From the NCBI GenBank assembly GCA_028534125.1, contig CM052817.1, positions 62,870,001-62,934,000 on the forward strand: DNA of 64,000 bases, given 5' to 3'. Origin of the DNA: Lama glama (taxonomy: Eukaryota). Position 1 is the first letter of the stretch; every line of letters begins with the position of its first letter. Shown one piece after another: positions 13,643 through 27,100 of this stretch. Both the position numbers and the translations under genes were made by a program. Under the pieces are notes generated by a model. It saw only the letters and a program-made list of their open reading frames with translations. It did not search any database and was not told where the DNA came from.

Positions 13643-14540
13643 TCAAAGGTAAACAAAATTTCAGTGTTTATAATCAAGAAATATCCATCCAGTGTGGTCA
13701 GAAGTGTTAAATTGACTGAAAGAAATAAAAACTTCCAGTGTTATGTCAAAGAGTTGAAAGAAAGAAATCTATTTTTTTTCATTTTAATAAGCTAAAACTG
13801 TTGCTAAGTCAAGCCTCCTCACTTAAGTTCTTAACTGTTTCATCTGCAAAGATAATTATAGTTTATATAAGAATTTCATGATAATTAAACTGATTAATTA
13901 TGACAAGAAGCGTACTTAGAGAAAGGAAGTTTATTGAATGGCTGGCATGTTCTATGTGTTTTTATATGTACTCTTATAAGAATGGTATAAGTGCTATTAG
14001 TTTTTTAATCACTTTTTTCCAGAGGTAAATTTTTTTAAAAAAAAGTTTAAAAAAGTGAGGATCTAGGCATTTGAACTCATGTAATTCTGATTGCAAATCC
14101 CAAACTCTTTCCACTTTTCTCTTTTCCTTGCCTTCTTCCTAACACAATTCTTCCTTCTGACCTACATTGCCCACTTAACTCTTCTATCTCCAGCTACTGC
14201 GAGGAGAAAACAAGGCCAGCAAACATATGCCCTATTTTAGAAGCATGGTATTTTTGCTCTGATTTGAATCTTGATAGATATTCGATATGATGGGTATATC
14301 AGTTCTGGGGGGTCTATTGTTTTGTTAAAGAAGAAAAACAATGTCACATAGATTTCTACTGACTTAAGCAGTACAAGCTGAGTATCCCTTGGAAGACTTG
14401 CTACATAGCTCCTAAGTATCACACATTTTCACTTAAGTATGGGACAATTTTGTGCATCTGTTATAGTATAACTTATATCTTTTGAAAAAATGCAAAGTAA
14501 ATCATTTTTTCTATGTCACTGAGGAGCCTATGATTCATTC

Positions 14541-15229
14541 TGAAATGGAGCAAGACCCTCTGGGGCCTTCCCAGGACACCTTCCACATCAAGTCCTCTGT
14601 CTGCCTCTCCTCTGTAGAAAAATTTTAGTCAAAGAATAAATATAATCAGAGAAATAAGAAAATACAAAACAAAGGGAAATAATCAAATAAAACAAAACAA
14701 TAATAGCTTAGTTATTAAACAAAGTCAAGGACATTTAGCTCTTCCTCGAGGGCTATAGATAATATTCTGAGCCATGTCCTTTGAGCTGTAGATACTGAAA
14801 CCCCCACCGGGTGGAAGAAGACAACTAAATGATGACCAGACTGTAGCCATGACATAAGCTGCCACAATTCTGAGAACTGGCCTCAAAGAAACAGAAAAAA
14901 GCGACCCTCGAACTAAGATTAACCTAAAATAATCAAGATGATGCTGATCAGGCCACTGCATGACTAACTTCAAGATGACTGTCAGAGCTGAATGTGCTGT
15001 TCTGCATGTGGTCCCCTCCCTCCACCTGAACACCCCTGAAACTACCCTTTAAAAGCTCTTGCTTACTAATTGCCAGAGGTGGGGGCAGTTGGCCTTTGGA
15101 CAAAAGTCTGCCCTCCCTCCACCTCATTTCCTCCTTTGCCAGCCTCAGGAATAAAGCAAACTTTCCTTTCCACTACTTGCCTTTATTGGCTTTTGAGCAG
15201 TAAGCAGCTGAACCTGCATTTTGGTAACA
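14541..15229 (+). mobile_element. ERV1-type solo LTR (about 690 bp)
   Basis: Starts TGAAATGG and ends GGTAACA. Contains a TATA-like 'tttaaaag' and AATAAA about 80 bp before the 3' end. Confidence 0.8.
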
Positions 15230-15232
15230 AAT

Positions 15233-15549
15233 TGTTAAAGAAAAAAATATTCATGATAATTGGTAAAGAACAGCCAGGTAGGCTTTATTCAGGAGCACCG
15301 TGACAGGTGTATGGACCACTTCAATGGGGTTTGCAGTCAGGGAGAGTCAGAAGAGGCGGATGGAGAACCTGATCAGACAGCAAGGTGATCAGGTATCGAG
15401 GATGGGAATTATGGATAAGCCAAGGTAGGAGGCATTTTGCTAAAACTGGACAATGCAGAGATGAACAGGGAAGCTCAAAAGTCAGGGCTTAGTTGAAAAG
15501 AGAGCTCAGAGGAATCTGACTCATTTGGTCAAGGAGAGAATCTTTGTCA
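15233..15549 (-). mobile_element. MER31-like LTR, shortened
   Basis: Minus strand begins TGACAAAGATTCTCTCCTTGACCAAA (MER31-type 5' end), carries AATAAA (+ strand tttatt) and ends TTTAACA. Confidence 0.8.
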
Positions 15550-16468
15550 CATGTTTTAAGTAACAGTGTATTTTACTAAAGAAAAAAAGACATTTACGCT
15601 TTCTCTGGGTTTTTTTCCTTGTCAAAATCACAGCTAGTCTTCAAAACTGTATAGCTCTCACTCATAAACACAATCAATAAGAATAAAAAGTTAAGAATCA
15701 CAGTCATGCATCATATCATTCTCACGCTGAAATTTCTGTATCTGAAGTGTATGAGAATCCCTTTTCAAGGTTTCCAAAGGCAGGGATCAAAGTCTGGGAA
15801 TGTTTACCTTGAGACTGACCAAAAGAAGCGACCCATCTGGGACACCTTAGAATGTATTTAAGTTTGCAAGATCCTCACCTAGAGTATATTAATTCTCCTC
15901 ATGTTTCTAACTGCAGCAAATCGAAGAAAAAGATGATAGAAGGCTCGTGACAAGTTCAAAGAGCAGAGCGTATCAGAGCAATTTGGTAGTATGTGATTAG
16001 TGCTTTTAAAAAACTCTAAGAAAGAATTTATCTGTCTTTATATGTGTGAATTGTGTAAATAATTTGAAATGGTATAAGTAGAGCTAGTAAAGTATATAAA
16101 ATATAAAAATTAAACAGAAGATCCTTAGCTTAGGTATTCCCAATCCCCTCTCCCCACTTACTGTGTAAAATCCCCTGAAGAAACTTTCTCCTGTCTTCCG
16201 GCCAGTCTGCTGAACAAGGCATACAAGGTTACTACTAAGTCTGCCCTTTCTATGTGAAGCCAGAAACACCAGTTCTGGGCTTTTGTTATTTTATAAGGAT
16301 TCCCATTAGCATCACTAGCTTCATCTAACATTGATGAGTGGGTTAATGTCTCTTTGAGTGACTAAACAGCATTGAATGTTCTGTTCTGAAGTTTAAGAAA
16401 TCAGGAAATAGCAGAGCAGTGTTTGACATGCATTTGTTTGTGAACCAGGACTATTTACATTCTAACCC

Positions 16469-16867
16469 TTTTTTTTTGTTTTTTTGTTTTTGTTTTTGGG
16501 TTTTTTTTTAAATGGAAGTATAGTCAGTTACAATGTATCAATTTCTGATGAACAGCATAATGTTTCAGTCATATACATACAGATATTTGTTTTCATATTC
16601 TTTTTCATTATATGTTACTACAGGATATTGAATATAGTTTCCTGTGCTATGCAGAAGAAATTTGTTTTTTATCTATTTTATATATAGTAGTTAGTATTTG
16701 CAAATCTCGAACTCCCAATTTATCCCTTCCCACCCCCTTTCCCCTCACGTAACCATAGATTTGTTTACTATATCTGTGAGTCTGTTTCTGTTTTGTAGCT
16801 AAGTTCATTAGTGACTTTTTTCTTTATTTTCTTTTTTTTTGATTCCACATATGGGTGATCTCCTATG
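16469..16867 (-). mobile_element. Relatively young 5'-truncated L1 (camelid-like 3' UTR)
   Basis: T-rich tail then 'aatggaagtatagtcagttacaatg...gattccacatatgggtgat'. Possible TSD taaccctt (16463) / taacctt (16869). Confidence 0.85.
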
Positions 16868-19380
16868 ATAACCTTGGTTTTAATGTTAAGTGTACAACTC
16901 CAAAATGTACCTCTAAACCACTGTTTCCATTTCCTAATTGCTTACCCACATTCCGTGGTCACTGCAGACCACAAACAGATGAAGAGTTGTGGTGGGAAAG
17001 GATGAAGTGCAGACAGTAGAAGTACCTGGACCAGTGCCCTTAGACACCAGTGCCTTTAAAGTAGAAGTTTTCTTACTTTTATATTCCTGAGATATCTGAA
17101 TTTTTCAGTATATGATAAATGAGAAATGAAATATGTTGTAACCTCTTTGCAGCATATTTGTTTTAAGCATGAACTTTTAGACTGAACACTAACTGTTTTC
17201 AACTTCTTTTGTTTTATAGATGTTAAAATAATTCCCCATGTGTTAGCACCACATAGAAGCTTAGTATTATCTTCTGCTGTATTATTTCAATAATTTTAAT
17301 AGTGGTTTGGAAAGACCTATAACTAGTATTATAAGCCCCAAATATTGGATATATTCATGTTAAAATATCCTCTGTTAGAAGTAAGTTTCATTTAGAATAA
17401 AGAATTAAATAAGGCATTTAAAATGTCATTTTATATATAGACATAATAGAAATAGGCACCTTTGGGATTCAACTGTAAATCAGAAATCAGATATCCAAAT
17501 ATATGTTTTTTTCTCAATAAGGTGCATGCTATTCTAATATCAGCTTATTACTTTAAAAATTCAATAAAAACTAAAAAAGAAAGTATAAGGAAAGTAGAAC
17601 TTTAAACACCAAATAAGGATTTTTTAAAGTACCATGTGATATCTAAAAAAATGTGTTGGGATGAGAAAAGAAAAAAAAATTTAAGAGTGGAAGAGTCTCT
17701 AAGAGACCATTATTTGTAATTCCATCTTTCACATTAAGCATATCTTACAACAGTTTATATCTAAATGAAAACATTCTAACACAGGTCACAACATTTGGTT
17801 TAAAGCCACACTTCATTCTTAACCAAAATACATACGTGACAGGAATGAGAGGTACCAGGCAAACTTATGATGATTTGGATAACTTAAAGTGCCCCTTTTC
17901 TTGAGGCTCGAGGTGCTTATTAGCCCTGGACACACACAACACACTAAAATTAGTCTGAGAGAAGGATATGCAAGTGAAAGGATTTTACAAGAGAGGACTG
18001 GACCTGGAAAACCTACAGCAGCGTGCAAGTGAATTCTCAGGTAAATCGCTTTTTAATGAGTGGATGACGACGAGGCATTAGAAATTTCATTCTTTTAAAC
18101 CGTGTCCTTGGTTAACTCTGAGAACCTCTTCAGGCATCATAAATGCTCTCCCATATGAAGATCACGGATTTAGAAAATAAAGATTAGACCATTGTCTAAT
18201 GCTCACCTGTTTCCTAAAAGTGGAAGGGAAGTTAATGAGAAAAAGATAAACTTCTTTTTTTTAAACAAAATAGAATTTATGTTTATTTGGATGGTTTCAT
18301 GTCTTCACATCAGTAAAACTGCTACTCTGGTTTACATCTGAAGATTGAAATGAAACAAGTTAAAGGTGCAAAAATGGTAACACTTCTCAAAAATCCAGAT
18401 GCCCTGATGAATCTAATAATAATTCATCAAATGTTTACACTTCACTGCTATTTGAACTTCTGAGTACTTTTTGTTGTTTTCTCTACTCTTGCTCTTTTTA
18501 TTCAAAATTATTTCAATTTTAAGTTTTTCTTTAGCACCAATTCTCTTCTTTAGTGGTGGTTCTTGATTTGTTGTCCTGTCTGCAGCCTACTACATGCAAC
18601 TCTGTATTGCAATGGCCAACAACAAAATGATCGTTCTCTTGATCTCTAACCCTTTCAGGCTCGTACTTCAGAGCAAGTATTTATTTCCCCTTCCCTGACA
18701 AGGAACATCTAGACAGATCTGAACAAACCGAAGGAGAAAATCCCTAAGCACTCATCCACTCTTTCAAATTTTGGCTTCCAATCTTATTTGATGTATGGTT
18801 TGGTAATTAGCACTTTGGTGCTGAGATTTATAATACATTTTCTAATACCTTCAAACATAAAAGCATCTAATTTGTTTGTAATTTTGGAAACATAATTTTG
18901 GAACGTACCTAAGTTTAAAGAATACATTTCAAGTAAGAATTGTGACTCATATACTTGTAAAATGAACACATAGCAAAGATGTTACCTCATTAAATAAGTG
19001 AACGAACTGATAAGAAGTTACCAATGGTTCAAAGGGGAATCCAAGGAACAGACTTATTTGTAGATCTGAAATATTGAAAGATGCAAAACTGACTTTTAAT
19101 TCAGTTGGGGAGGAACCAAATTGAACCTCCACATGACAGAATTTGTGTGCATACCTATACACATGGATTATTTTGCATTGCCATTATTTATCTACAATTT
19201 ATGAAGTTGCAAAATAGCTCAAAGGCAAATAAAGGCACAGAATCCCTTTAGGATGAGATAGACTGGAAGTGTGTGTTATAAAGAATACAATTTTCCATTG
19301 GGAACATTTTTGTTCCAATTCCATGAATATTTTATTCACAAATCTGAGCATACTGATTGCCTTTACACATTGACTAGATG

Positions 19381-19907
19381 TTTTCAGCTTTATTGAGGTG
19401 TAAATGACAAATAAAATTATATATACTTAAGATTTACAACTTATTATTTTGATATACATATACATTGTGAAATTATTACCACAATCAAGCTAATTAACAT
19501 ATCCTCACCTTACATAGCATTTTCTTTCCTTCCTTTTCTTCCTTCTTCCCTTCTTTCCTTGCCTCCTATCTTCCTTCTTTCCTCTCTTTCCTTTTAAGAT
19601 TCTTAAGATCTACCCTCTTAACAAATTTCAAGCGTATGATACACTATTGCTCCAGAACTTATTCATCTTGCATAACTGAAATTTTGTTTTCTACGATAAA
19701 CACATCTCCCTGTTTTCCCCTTCCTCCAGTTTCTGGCAAGTACCATTCTAGTCTCTGTTTCTATGAGTTTGGCTATTTCAATTCTACATATTAGTGAGAT
19801 CATGAAATATTTGTCTTTCTGTGTCTGGCTTATTTCACTTAGCATCTATGTTGTTGCAAATGACAAGATTTCCTTCTTTTTTAAAGGCTGAAAAATATTC
19901 CTTTCTT

Positions 19908-19959
<52 letters not shown>

Positions 19960-20810
19960 CCTATCTCTGTTTTTCTGTCTCTATCTAACACATTTTCTAT
20001 ATTCGTTCATCCACTGACAGACAGTTAGGCTGTTTTCTTATCTTGGCTGCTGTGAGTAATGCTGCAATGATCACGGGAGTACAGATATCTCTTCAAGATA
20101 GTGATTTCATTTCCTTTGGATATATTTCCAGAAGTGATTTGCTGGATCATATGGCAGTTATATTTTTAATTTTTTGAGTAACCACCATACCATTTTCTAC
20201 AGTGGCTGTAAGAATTTACATTCCCACCAACAGTGTACAGCATTCCATTTTCTCCACATCCTTGCCAATATTTGCCATCTCCTGTCTTTTTAACAATAGC
20301 CATTCTAACAGGTGTGAGTTGATAGCTCACTGTAGTTTTGATTTGCATATCCCTGATGCTTAGTGATGATTTTAACCTTTTCATATAGTTGTAAGCCATC
20401 TGTAAGTCTTTAGTGAAATGTCTATTCAGGTCCGTTACTTAGTTTTAAAGAAGGGTTTTTTTTTTAAGTTTTTGCTATTGAATTGTATGAGTTTCTTATA
20501 TATATTTCTATTAACCCCTTATCAGATATATGGTTTGCAAATAATTTCTCTCATTCAGTAGGTTGCCTTTTTATTCTGTTGACTGTTTCCTTTGTTGTTT
20601 GGAAGCTCTTCAGTTTAACACGATGCCATTTGTCAGTTTTCGCTTTTGTTGCCTGGGCTTTCAGTATCATAAGTAAAAACTCTTGTTGCCAAGAATAGTA
20701 TCAAGAAGCTTTTCCCCTGTTTTTTCCTAAGAGTTTTTGTTTTTAGGTCTTATCTTTAGGTCTTTAGTCCATTTTGAGTTGATTTCTGTACATGGTGTGT
20801 TACAGGGTCT
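19381..20810 (-). mobile_element. L1 (L1MA-like) 3' UTR and ORF2 C-terminus
   Basis: ORFs 20166-20399 ([21 protein letters not shown]...GCGE) and 19663-19845 (MLSEISQTQKDKY) are L1 ORF2 C-terminal remnants. Confidence 0.95.
19908..19966. repeat. (TCTA)n tetranucleotide microsatellite inside L1
   Basis: About 13-14 near-perfect TCTA units seen. Confidence 0.95.
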
Positions 20811-22150
20811 CCTTCCAGGACTCCCATAATGGAAATATTGGTCTGTTTGGTGGTGTCTGTAAGTCCCTTAAGCTATCTTCTCTGTTTTTCTTTTTTCTCT
20901 TTTTTGCTCCTCTGACTGTATGATTTCCAATGATTCATCATTGAGTTCATTGATCTTTTCTTCTACTTGACCTAGTCTGCTATTGAACTTTTCAGTTCAA
21001 TTATTGTATCCTTCGTTTATAATTTCTGTTTGGTACTTTTAAAATATTTTCTATCTCTTCTTGAAACTCTCACTTTGTTCATTCATTGCTGTAGGAGAAG
21101 AATCTTACCAATCAACCTGGCTAGAAATTCTGGGTGATTCTCAAACGTTCGTGCTTGTTCAGATTACCTTCTTTGTTCTTAGCAGCCTCCAAGAATCTAG
21201 GGTAAGCCAAGTCTCATCAGTGCCCTGAGACAAGCAACACAGAAGCCAATCCATCAGTTAGCACCTAAAGAAGATGCTAGAGGCGTGGTCCAATTCTTTC
21301 TCTCCTTATGGAGAAGCTAGGACCTGGAGTTTATCTTCTGCTCACTCTGAACTGAGCTGTGTAGGAGTTGTGGAAATGCCTGCGGGCTCATTCAAATCAC
21401 TCACTCTTTCAAACCATTGCTTTGTTCTCTGAAGCCCCCAGGGGTCTAACAATACCACCCTGTTGGTTTTCAGTTCTCAGAGGCAGGCAAGTTAGAAACC
21501 AGTCTCTAGAGTAACAGCTAGGAAAGTTGTCGGACTAGATGTGTAGTCCAGTTCCCTCCGGAGAGACACTGGAGTCTTGGGTTTTGCTTTTTTTTTTTTA
21601 ACTATTTAAGTATAGTTGGTATACAATATTGTATAAGTTATAGATGTACAATACAGTGATGCACAATTTTTAAAAGTTAAACTCCATTTATAGTTATCAT
21701 GAAGGCTTGGTTTCATTGCTAGAGTGAACTGGAGGGAGGAGCCACAGAAAGTCCCCACATGACCATTCAAAACTGTTGGTTTGTTCTCTGTAGTTTAGTT
21801 TAGGCATCACCAGCTCCCAGAAACAGGAGAGTTATAAGCCAAACCCTTGAATAGTAGCTGATAAAGTTGGGGCACTAGTGTGTAGTCCAAACCCTTTACT
21901 CCTCAGGGAGGAACTGTGGCTGGGGCTTTCCACAGTGTGGCACTGTGCCAAGGATGAGGTTCATGACAAGACCGACTCTTAGCTTTTTCCACCACTCGAT
22001 GTGGGTGGTTTCCCACTTGCCCAGTATTCAGGAGTCTCTCAACCAGTTTCTGGATTTTGCACAAAGGGAAATGAACCTTCTGTAGCTGCTAAATTGGTGG
22101 TTTGTGGGGAGAAAGAGCATCTGGAGCTTCCTATTACACCATCTTGCTGA
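20811..22150 (-). mobile_element. L1 5' UTR and ORF1 N-terminal part
   Basis: The minus-strand start reads TCAGCAAGATGGTGTAATAGGAAGCTCC, an L1 5' end with the YY1-type AAGATGG motif. Antisense ORF1 motifs 'ggactcccataatg' and 'ttcttctacttgacctagtctgctattgaa' are present. Confidence 0.85.
21582..21700 (-). mobile_element. Short L1 3' end nested in the older L1 5' UTR
   Basis: T-run then 'aagtatagttggtatacaatattgtataagtt...tttatagttat'. Flanked by the similar sequences ggagtcttggg / gaaggcttgg. Confidence 0.75.
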
Positions 22151-22292
22151 TATTCATACCTTGACTTGTTTTAAAATATTTTCTCCAAGTGAGAATAGAA
22201 ATATTCCTTATATTTTTGCAAAACAAATAATGATGAAGCTGAAGAGTTAATAGAGGAGTTTCCTTTCTCTTTTTGTGCATTAAATATATTTT

Positions 22293-22792
22293 NNNNNNNN
22301 NNNNNNNNNNNNNNNNNNNNNNNNNNNNNNNNNNNNNNNNNNNNNNNNNNNNNNNNNNNNNNNNNNNNNNNNNNNNNNNNNNNNNNNNNNNNNNNNNNNN
22401 NNNNNNNNNNNNNNNNNNNNNNNNNNNNNNNNNNNNNNNNNNNNNNNNNNNNNNNNNNNNNNNNNNNNNNNNNNNNNNNNNNNNNNNNNNNNNNNNNNNN
22501 NNNNNNNNNNNNNNNNNNNNNNNNNNNNNNNNNNNNNNNNNNNNNNNNNNNNNNNNNNNNNNNNNNNNNNNNNNNNNNNNNNNNNNNNNNNNNNNNNNNN
22601 NNNNNNNNNNNNNNNNNNNNNNNNNNNNNNNNNNNNNNNNNNNNNNNNNNNNNNNNNNNNNNNNNNNNNNNNNNNNNNNNNNNNNNNNNNNNNNNNNNNN
22701 NNNNNNNNNNNNNNNNNNNNNNNNNNNNNNNNNNNNNNNNNNNNNNNNNNNNNNNNNNNNNNNNNNNNNNNNNNNNNNNNNNNNNNNNNNNN
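22293..22792. other. Assembly gap (500 N)
   Basis: Run of N. The round length suggests a placeholder size. Confidence 1.
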
Positions 22793-22799
22793 CATTCTA

Positions 22800-23080
22800 G
22801 GGTTGCTTCTCTCCATCTGGTGACTTATGGATCTAGTCACTAGTCCCTGAGAGGTTCAGTCATCTCAGCTCTGGTTCTCCTCTGTTATCAAGGTCAGGGA
22901 AGAAAGATCAAGAGTGTTGCTCACCACTTAAGTTATTCTTTTCCCAGGAGGGACACACATCCTTTCTGCTCACAGCTCACTGATGAGAAGTAGTTAGATG
23001 ACCTTACCTTACAGCGAGAGGGATGAGCACTATGGGAACATGCATAGATATTTGGTGAGCATTAAATGGCTGTGTCCCAA
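22800..23080 (-). mobile_element. MLT1-type MaLR LTR fragment
   Basis: 'gacacacatcctttctgctcacagctcactg...agtagttagatgacc...atatttggtgagcatta' is typical antisense MLT1. Confidence 0.7.
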
Positions 23081-24141
23081 CTGAGACATTACCATTCACC
23101 CAGTGAGCCAAGATGGAAATCTTGAACTTACAACTGAGTTCTCCCCTTTCCCCTTCATCTATATATTTGCTTCAACTAAGTCCTCTCACTTCCCTCCCCT
23201 TAACGTCGCTAAGATGAGCTTCCTCATCTCTACTATTGCTTCTGCTCCAGTGGACACAGACTCACATAGTGTTCTGACCCATCTGTCTGACTCCAGCTGT
23301 CTGCAGTATAGTCTACCCTCCTCAGTACTTCCAGAGTTACCACTGTAAATATAGGCTATGAGATTTCTTGGTATACAAGAGTTCTGTTTTCTTTTATTTC
23401 CTGTAATTAGAGCATTCTCCTTCTGGATGCGGGTAGTTTTGTAAGAGAGAAAAGAAAGTACTGGTGGTCTTGTACTAGCAATGAAAGGTTTTGGCCTGTG
23501 GGTGATATCTCTTGATTTCTACTCACAACTCATTGGTCAAAACTGGCTTAAAAGGCCCTTAACAATTTAAAAATCCTAACTCTCCTGGCCTACTTTCTGT
23601 TCACTTTTATTACAACCTCCACATCCTATTTTTTCTTACTAATTTCAACAAATATTCATTGTGTAATTACTATGAGTCAGGGATCACATACTTCCATATG
23701 AACAGTCATCTTTTCATTCTTTACTCACATTTTTATCTCCCTAAATATTTCCCTTTTCATATAATACCAGAAAAAAAATCTTTAAGGCATGATTTAAATT
23801 TACCCATGTAGGAGTACCCAAATACCCATTCTATACCCACCCAAAGCTCAATTAATTCCACAGCATGTTGTTCATTTCTTCAGTGTTAATGCCTGAATTC
23901 CTAAAGTTATCCTACATTACAGACTGTTAGCCCCTTTGGGGTGAAGAACCCATATAATTCATCTTTGTATTTCCAGAACTTGCCACAAATTATGTATGTT
24001 CCATTTGTGAGTTGAACTAAGAATCTGGCAACAATTCTATAGAGTGAACAGTTGAGGGAACACTTCACATCTGAAGTGCTAATTCTAAAGCTTCTCTACA
24101 ATTAGGCTTTGACTCCATAAATCACTACCATGTAAGTAAAC

Positions 24142-27100
24142 TGTGGCAGATGCATTGGCTCAGGCAGTTCAAGATCCATTCCAACCTCTTTCTAATATGC
24201 TTTCTTGTAATGCAGATGCTGAATTACTAAAACAGAACAAAACAAGAACACAAGATTCCTTGTTATGATTTATATTCTAATCAGACACATCTGAATAAGG
24301 CTTGAATCAAAACAGTTAAGTGCAAAGAGAAGCAGGGCACAAGGCATGCATTTCTGTGTGTGTGCTGTATATGTGTAATATAGCATGGGTGTGATTATGA
24401 AGCAAGTAGCTGTAGTACTGAACTCTTATTCAACAGGAAGTTTCCTGACCATCGCAGGAAAAGCAGTCCTTGGAAGCACAGTTTTATTTTCACTTTGGAG
24501 GTTATTCTTGGCATCTCAACTTAGAGTCTATTCCTATTGCCTCCCAATAGTTCAGTAAGAAATTAAATTTATCATAATACATTATTTTATATTATGCCAG
24601 CTTGAATAGGCTCTGTCTTTGCTATTAAACGCTAACTGATACAATCTGGGCCTGCTAATAAGTCTCAAGGAAATGGGCATCTTGTATTGAGTATCTGGCC
24701 TGGTTATGTTTGAAGACAATGAGGATCCTGCTAACATCGGAATACAGAACACTGTTATTCCATCATAAGCTATGTCAAAGCAAAGATTAAATGATTATCT
24801 GCAGTCTCCTGGGAGAAAATGTTTATTGAAGGAAAGTATTTAGTGGGCAGATTAGCTGCTACAATATACCCTTATGACAAAAATGCCAACATTTCCATGT
24901 TATAACATAAAAGAAGGGATTTTAACACCTCAAGGATTTAACAATGTTGGTGTGGCTTAATCATGTATGATTCATCTGTACATCCACTAAATAGGACGCT
25001 TGAGAGAGCCCAAAGTAGATTCCTTTCACGAAGTCATTGAGGAATCCGTTGGTGCAGAAAGCCATAGCATACTATTTGCTGTTCTTTGTAATATGATAAT
25101 TAGAGTTATATTGATACAGCTTCAGATTTTAGTAAGTATGATGGGATCTCAGAATTCAGAGGCCAAGTGGACATATTTAATGAACAAAAGCAGGGGTATC
25201 ATGGTTTTTATAATAGTGAGCAGTAATCAGACTTTTTGACTAATTGCTCATTGGATACCAAAAGCAGGCAGTCCACTAAGGCCTTATTTTAATTTTTAGA
25301 CTTAAAAATCCAATCTTTGTAACTACAAGTTTTATGTTCTATTTGTTATAAAAAGTGCATTATTTATAACCCCAAATATTCTATATTATTAAGTAACAGT
25401 AGAACTGGAGCTCGAGAAGTCTCTGGATTCACTGCATCCATCTCTACTGCCCAAGTACCCCTCCTGAAGCCGTATTTGGGTGTGCTCACTTAAAGAGCCA
25501 GCTGATTGAGAAGGAAAAGAAAAAGTCCTTCATCATATACTGTAAATAGCTAAAAGTGTGTCTGTAATGCTACAGCAGCCCACTGGCTGGAAAGGACAGG
25601 GGGGAAGATACCGCCATTTGGCAAACATTTGAATGATACATATGGTTGTCATACTGTATGGAAGAAGAACTGGCTGCAAGTATGAGTTAACATTTATTCA
25701 AGAACAGTGGGTAATAGTTTAGCCAGATGGTCAGGGAATTAGAAAAATATATACATATATTAAAAAAAATAGGTAGGTTACAAAGAGGTTTAGGTAAGAG
25801 GTATGTTTATGAACTTCACAAAATAGACTGAGAATGAGAGGATATTTGTGTGTTATGTGCGTTTCTTAGTAGGAGAAGGTCTTGGGTGAATAAGAGCATT
25901 TTTTTATGATGTTGCATGGACTCTCTCCCTAGGCATCTCAAGCTTCCTTGAAGACTTTAGGGCAAAAAGTGATTATGCTAGTTGGGATAAAGATAAGAAT
26001 GAGTGCACACAGACTGCTTTTCTCTTCCCAAGGCTTATCTGGCTCTGCCACTTAGAGTGTTCAGTGCGAGCAGCAAAGAACAGCATTGAGGCTGGCAAGT
26101 AACAATATATTTCTATATATCTCTAGGGGACCAGTTAGTTAACTTGGGCAGGTCAAATATGGAAGGTTTTCTTACTTGAAGAGACATCTATTCTGGTTCA
26201 TCCTTCTCTACCTGCCAGCAATGCCACCATAAACTTACTGAATAACTTATTCAACATCAGGAAATTCTACTTCTGAATGAATGAACTTGTTTTCCAGTCA
26301 AAGTAGGGAGCAATTGGTTTACACTCAGAAGTGACCAATCTTAAATGGAATGGGCTCTTAAAGGCTCTGCTATTGTGCTACTTAGAAATAATTCTCTGAA
26401 AGTATGGCATCCCAGAGGAGACAGAATATTCTACAAATCAGTGACCATTGTATGAGGCTGGGCTAGTTCTTGCATAAGAGGAACACATGGAACTGGAATC
26501 ACTGGGTAAACTATATCTAATGCCTAACACAATATATTTTCTTCTTTTCCTTACATCACAGAGTTGCACTGGTTTAGAACTCTTAGCTAAATGCTTCCAC
26601 CACATAAAACAATAGTGATGTCATTGAGATCCCCACGTGGCCATTTTGGGCTCCTCATGCTGCTAGACCGACAACACAAACAAGGTAAATAATAGTATGT
26701 TATCTGGGATAACTGGTTCTGATGATCAAGGGAAAATGGGTTTGTTTCACCACAACAGGGGTAAGGAGGGGTATTTCATGTACTGCCATAGCCAGTGTTA
26801 CTAGTTAGTAGAAGACTGGAGTAACCACACATATACAGGAGACTCAAGATTAGATCCTTTAGGAATCAAGTTCGGGGCCACCCCAACACATGAAGAATAC
26901 TGAAAAGTAGAGGTAGTAACTGTGAACAAGGGCAATAAAGAACGTGTGGAGGAAGAAACAAGTTGAAAATCGTTATTGTGCAAATATAGACACTAAAGAA
27001 GCTACTCATACTCTCTCTCTGCTTTCATATGAACCACATTTCTTTTGTTTCTCTCTCCCTTTGTCCAACTATCTTAGATAGAATGTATTAATTTTACATT

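Noticed and set aside
22273..22840. 175-aa and 186-aa ORFs
   Set aside because: Artefacts of the N gap.
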